The translations under genes were made by a program, and so were the position numbers. Under the pieces are notes generated by a model that saw only the letters and a list, made by a program, of their open reading frames with translations, made no database searches and was not told where the DNA came from. From positions 2,095-66,094 of the forward strand of contig CAUQTI010000015.1 of assembly GCA_963521065.1 (NCBI GenBank): a stretch of DNA of 64,000 bases, read 5' to 3'. Positions 60,728-64,000 of this stretch are shown piece by piece. This stretch comes from an uncultured Anaerovorax sp. (lineage in GTDB: Bacteria > Bacillota > Clostridia > Peptostreptococcales > Anaerovoracaceae). Each line of letters starts with the position of its first letter. Position 1 is the stretch's first letter.

Positions 60728-61531
60728 ATGAATGAAGATATTCAAAGAGAATTAAAAGCCGTAGAGAAAGCAGGAATTCTAATCGCCAGAAAATTTATAC
60801 TTCAAAAAGTTGTGCTTCTCATTGTGGCGATGGTTGCTATTCTTGCCAGTGTTCAGCTGTACAGCGCACAGGTTTATCTTCTTGTGGAGCTTTTAATTCT
60901 ATTTATTGTCTTACGCTTTGTAAGAAAAAATCAAATGAAATTTCAGATTGCCCTTTATGAAAAATGTGATCCTTATCTGCAGTATACAGTAGTTGAATAT
61001 TATTCAAAGCATTGGAGGATTCTTCCTAGAAACTCTAAAAATCAATTGCTGATTGCTATGGCGCAATGTATGGTGCTTGCAGGTGAGCCGCAGGAGGCAA
61101 TTGCTATTTCAAATCGGATTGAAAATCCTTCTCGTATGAGGATTGCGTATCGGGCGATTTATTATAATAATCTCCTTCATGCTTACGGCCTGTTCGGATG
61201 GGAGCAAAAAAGAAGCGCTTTAACAAAAGAAATTCGGGAATTGGCGCAGAAATGCGGCAAAAAGGATGCGATGTATTTGGATGTTATCTTGCGTCTCGAG
61301 GAATTACACCGGCATAGAGAGAACTTAGACCTTGATTTTGTGAAGAAGTATTTTGAGATGAATCCGGCGCGGCATTTATTTCAAAAAGTAGCGATGCATT
61401 ATTACATTGCAGTCATTTTGATTCAAAGCGGGAGAAAAGAAGAAGCTGAAGAGGCAATTTCCTTTGTAATGAAGTATGGGAATAAGCTTTATTATAAAAA
61501 AGAGCTGCAAAAACTTCTTAAAATGGTATAG
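60728..61531 (+). CDS. Hypothetical membrane protein with TPR-like helical C-terminus
   Basis: GGAGG RBS, two N-terminal TM helices, helical repeats such as AQCMVLAGEPQEAI and AVILIQSGRKEEAEE. Confidence 0.55.
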   Translation: MNEDIQRELKAVEKAGILIARKFILQKVVLLIVAMVAILASVQLYSAQVYLLVELLILFIVLRFVRKNQMKFQIALYEKCDPYLQYTVVEYYSKHWRILPRNSKNQLLIAMAQCMVLAGEPQEAIAISNRIENPSRMRIAYRAIYYNNLLHAYGLFGWEQKRSALTKEIRELAQKCGKKDAMYLDVILRLEELHRHRENLDLDFVKKYFEMNPARHLFQKVAMHYYIAVILIQSGRKEEAEEAISFVMKYGNKLYYKKELQKLLKMV

Positions 61532-61561
61532 AATAAAGGCATCACAGAGGAGGAATGGAAT

Positions 61562-61930
61562 ATGAATTTTACACTGACACACAATTGCATTAATGTATTA
61601 GATCTGGAGCGTTCTATGCATTTTTATGAACAAGCTTTGGATATGAAGGAAGTAAGACGGCTGACCGACGAGGAAGGAAGCTATATCTTGTCCTTTATTG
61701 CCAATGAAAATGCATCCCATCAGATTGAACTTACCTGGCTAAAGGACCGCACAGAGCCATATAATCTCGGCGATAATGAAATCCACATGGGCTTTGTAAC
61801 AGATGATTATGAAGCGGCTTTGGCAAAACACAAAGCAATGGGTGTAGTCTGCTTTGAGAACCCAAAGTTCGGAGTATATTTTATCGAAGATCCGGATGGA
61901 TACTGGGTCGAAATTGTCCCTCGCCGTTAA
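61562..61930 (+). CDS. gloA: VOC family protein, lactoylglutathione lyase (glyoxalase I)-like
   Basis: HNCINVLDLERSMHFYEQAL, IELTW, YNLGDNEIHMGF, YFIEDPDGYWVEIVP. Confidence 0.75.
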   Translation: MNFTLTHNCINVLDLERSMHFYEQALDMKEVRRLTDEEGSYILSFIANENASHQIELTWLKDRTEPYNLGDNEIHMGFVTDDYEAALAKHKAMGVVCFENPKFGVYFIEDPDGYWVEIVPRR

Positions 61931-62000
61931 GAATGCGATGCGACTGATTCCCTTTCTATTTTCATTTCTAGAGTAGCGTCGGAAAGAAGGAGAAAAGAGC

Positions 62001-63260
62001 ATGAGAGAAATAAGAGAACTGACAAAAGCACAAATTGATGAGTATACGGAGATTGCCTACAATGCATATCCCAGCTTTAAGGACTTCAGCAAGGATTCTG
62101 TAGAGAAGTATAAAAAAAATGTTGCAGAAATTATGGACAACGATCCGGACGTTACTTTTTTCGGACTGTTTGAGGAAGAAGAACTGCTTGCTGTCATGCG
62201 GCTATTTGATTTTCAGATGAATTGCTTCGGAAAAGTGATTCCAGTCTCCGGCTTAGGATTTTTGGGAGTCCACTTAATGCATAAGAAGGAAAAAGTAGCA
62301 AAGGCCATGGTGACGTTTTATGAAGAGCACTATCAGAAAAAAGGCCTGCCGATTGGAACCCTCTTGCCGTTCCGTCCGGATTTCTATAAAAAAATGGGGT
62401 ATGGAATCGGAACAAAAATGAATCAATATCGCCTTGCACCACACCAAATCCCTGCTTACTTTGAGAAGAGTGATTTGCGCTATATAAAAAAGCAGGAATT
62501 GGACTCTGTTTTTGCCTGTTACAGCCGTGTGGCAGAGAAAACGCATGGGATGATGATGAAATTCGGTGACGAGATTCGAAATATGAGAGAAGAGGAATTT
62601 GACCGAATCATCGGCTGCTATGACGACAGCGGAGCCTTGTGCGGTTATATGGTATTTCGCTTTCAAAATGGGAGAGAAGGAAATTATACACAAAACAATA
62701 TCAATGTGAAAGAATTGGTCTATGAAGACACGGTGACGTTGCGAAAGCTTCTGGGATTTTTGCGTAAGCAAGAGGACCAAGTGCAGCTTGTGATTTTTAA
62801 TACCCAAGATGAAAATTTCCATTATTTATTTGACAATCCAATCAATGATAATATGAGTTATATTCCATTTGGAAATATAGAGACGAATCTTCAGGCAGTG
62901 GGCATTATGTATAAGATCTTTGACGTAGAGAAAGCCTTTGAGCAGTGTGCACATAGAAATTATAATCATACCAATCTTACGGTCTGTTTTTATATTGAAA
63001 ATGAGCTGTATGGTACAAAAAGCAAAACTATAGTGCAGTTTAAAGAAGGGAAGGCACTTGTTCTCAGGCAAAATGAGAAAAAGGTGGATGTGACACTCTG
63101 TGCAAAGAGCAGCTATTTTTCCTCTCTATTTTTAGGAAGCGTATCGATAAAAGGACTCTATGCATTGGGACTGGTTGAGTTGGACCAAATCGAGTTTTTG
63201 GAAGAACTGGACAGAGCATTTTATTGCAGTCAGAAACCAATCGGCAATACCGATTTTTAG
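62001..63260 (+). CDS. Eis-like GNAT acetyltransferase with C-terminal SCP2-like domain
   Basis: GLGFLGVHLMHKKEKVAK, LLPFRPDFYKKMGYG, about 420 aa two-GNAT plus SCP2 layout, ends in DF like Eis-family proteins. Confidence 0.82.
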   Translation: MREIRELTKAQIDEYTEIAYNAYPSFKDFSKDSVEKYKKNVAEIMDNDPDVTFFGLFEEEELLAVMRLFDFQMNCFGKVIPVSGLGFLGVHLMHKKEKVAKAMVTFYEEHYQKKGLPIGTLLPFRPDFYKKMGYGIGTKMNQYRLAPHQIPAYFEKSDLRYIKKQELDSVFACYSRVAEKTHGMMMKFGDEIRNMREEEFDRIIGCYDDSGALCGYMVFRFQNGREGNYTQNNINVKELVYEDTVTLRKLLGFLRKQEDQVQLVIFNTQDENFHYLFDNPINDNMSYIPFGNIETNLQAVGIMYKIFDVEKAFEQCAHRNYNHTNLTVCFYIENELYGTKSKTIVQFKEGKALVLRQNEKKVDVTLCAKSSYFSSLFLGSVSIKGLYALGLVELDQIEFLEELDRAFYCSQKPIGNTDF

Positions 63261-63302
63261 AAAAAAAGCCGTCATCTTATTTTAAGGATGACGGCTTTTT
63301 TG
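63261..63302. terminator. Bidirectional terminator overlapping the mrpG 3' end
   Basis: AAAAAAAGCCGTCATCTT-loop-AAGGATGACGGCTTTTTT between convergent genes. Confidence 0.8.
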
Positions 63303-63642
63303 TTTTTTGTAGTTCATCTACTACGCTTTCTTTCCACATAGGGACGCCACTTCGATATGCAGCTTTCACCATTATATGTGAGCCAAGCGGTACCGTAATC
63401 ACTAAAAAAATAATTGCAAGTACACCCTTTAGAGAAAATCCCAAATCGGTATAATACAGAAAAAGGATGTATGCAATAATTAAGTTGAAAATGCCGAGAG
63501 TTACGGGCTTAGATAAGGCTTGCATACGGCAGTAAATATCCGGGAAGCGTAAAAGACCAACGCTGCCCCCGAAGCAGAAAATCGCACCAATGATTAAAAA
63601 TGCACAAATAGAAAATTGCCAGAAAATATCATAAAGCTGCAT
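63277..63642 (-). CDS. mrpG: Monovalent cation/H+ antiporter subunit G
   Basis: GLLRFPDIYCRMQALSKPVTLG, ITVPLGSH..VKAAYRSG. Confidence 0.9.
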   Translation of the reverse strand: MQLYDIFWQFSICAFLIIGAIFCFGGSVGLLRFPDIYCRMQALSKPVTLGIFNLIIAYILFLYYTDLGFSLKGVLAIIFLVITVPLGSHIMVKAAYRSGVPMWKESVVDELQKTKKPSSLK

Positions 63643-64000
63643 TAAGATTCTCCTCCTTTGCCTTTCTTGCTTGACACAGTCTCGTCCGCAGGGTCTGCTT
63701 CCTTCGGATATTGCTTTAATGGATAGAGAACATCACCTTGCTGCATGTATTTACTCCAAACGACCATTGCAACAAATCCTAAAATAGAAAGGACTAAAAC
63801 GGCATCCATATAATAAGCCGTACCGTGCTTGAAAGCATATAAAATGATGAGCGCGAGCGTCTGCGTGCTGAGTGCGTCTAAACCGACAACGCGGTCTGCA
63901 AGTGTTTTCCCGGTGACGATAGTAAGCAAATTGATGACCAGTGAGATGGAAATAAATACAAGGACGAGATTAACTACAAGGTTAATAATGGGATAATCGT
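63642..64000 (-). CDS. mrpF: Monovalent cation/H+ antiporter subunit F (5' end outside the window)
   Basis: GKTLADRVVGLD, YMDAVLVLSILGFVAMV. The frame stays open to the window edge (DYPIINLVVNLVLVFISISLVIN...). Confidence 0.85.
   Translation of the reverse strand, partial: DYPIINLVVNLVLVFISISLVINLLTIVTGKTLADRVVGLDALSTQTLALIILYAFKHGTAYYMDAVLVLSILGFVAMVVWSKYMQQGDVLYPLKQYPKEADPADETVSSKKGKGGES

Noticed and set aside
62001..63260. Eis-mediated aminoglycoside resistance
   Set aside because: Eis-like GNATs are widespread in Firmicutes; substrate cannot be inferred from sequence here.

Overview
Chromosomal window from an anaerobic low-GC Gram-positive bacterium. Clostridia-like affiliation is inferred from crt/hbd, a Rex box, LCP proteins, a SASP-like gene and the rho-prmC-prfA block. 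About 1-24.4 kb is a visibly AT-richer, tightly coupled + strand surface-glycan locus. It holds the 3' end of a Wzt/TagH ABC ATPase, a galE remnant, an SGNH-like protein, two paralogous HP-motif transferase-like proteins, and a pseudaminic-acid pathway (pseB, F, C, I, G) with no canonical pseH. An acyl-building module follows: AAC(3)-fold acyltransferase, DUF4910 hydrolase, BspA-type LRR protein, MBL hydrolase, ACP, FabG-like SDR, two complete split-transketolase pairs, adenylating enzyme, WecD-like GNAT, LuxE and LuxC. An MBOAT+SGNH cassette closes the block. This module is the best candidate for an undescribed system: an ACP/ThDP/Lux-reductase route to an unusual N-acyl group on a nonulosonic acid. 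From about 24.4 kb the composition shifts toward the host background, with glf, a DUF4422 transferase, a SASP-like gene, a patatin, a second MBOAT+SGNH pair, a capD-like gene, pgi, crt, hbd and two LCPs. Core genes follow (glpX, rho, DUF1385, prmC, rpmE, prfA, sua5, rpiB, upp, tyrS), then a sigma-54 two-component system with an NhaC-family transporter, an ABC/COG1361 operon behind an ECF-type promoter, a lipoprotein, rplM-rpsI, gloA, an Eis-like GNAT and mrpG/mrpF. No tRNA, rRNA, CRISPR array, transposase or integrase was seen. All family calls come from motif recognition by eye; no searches were run.
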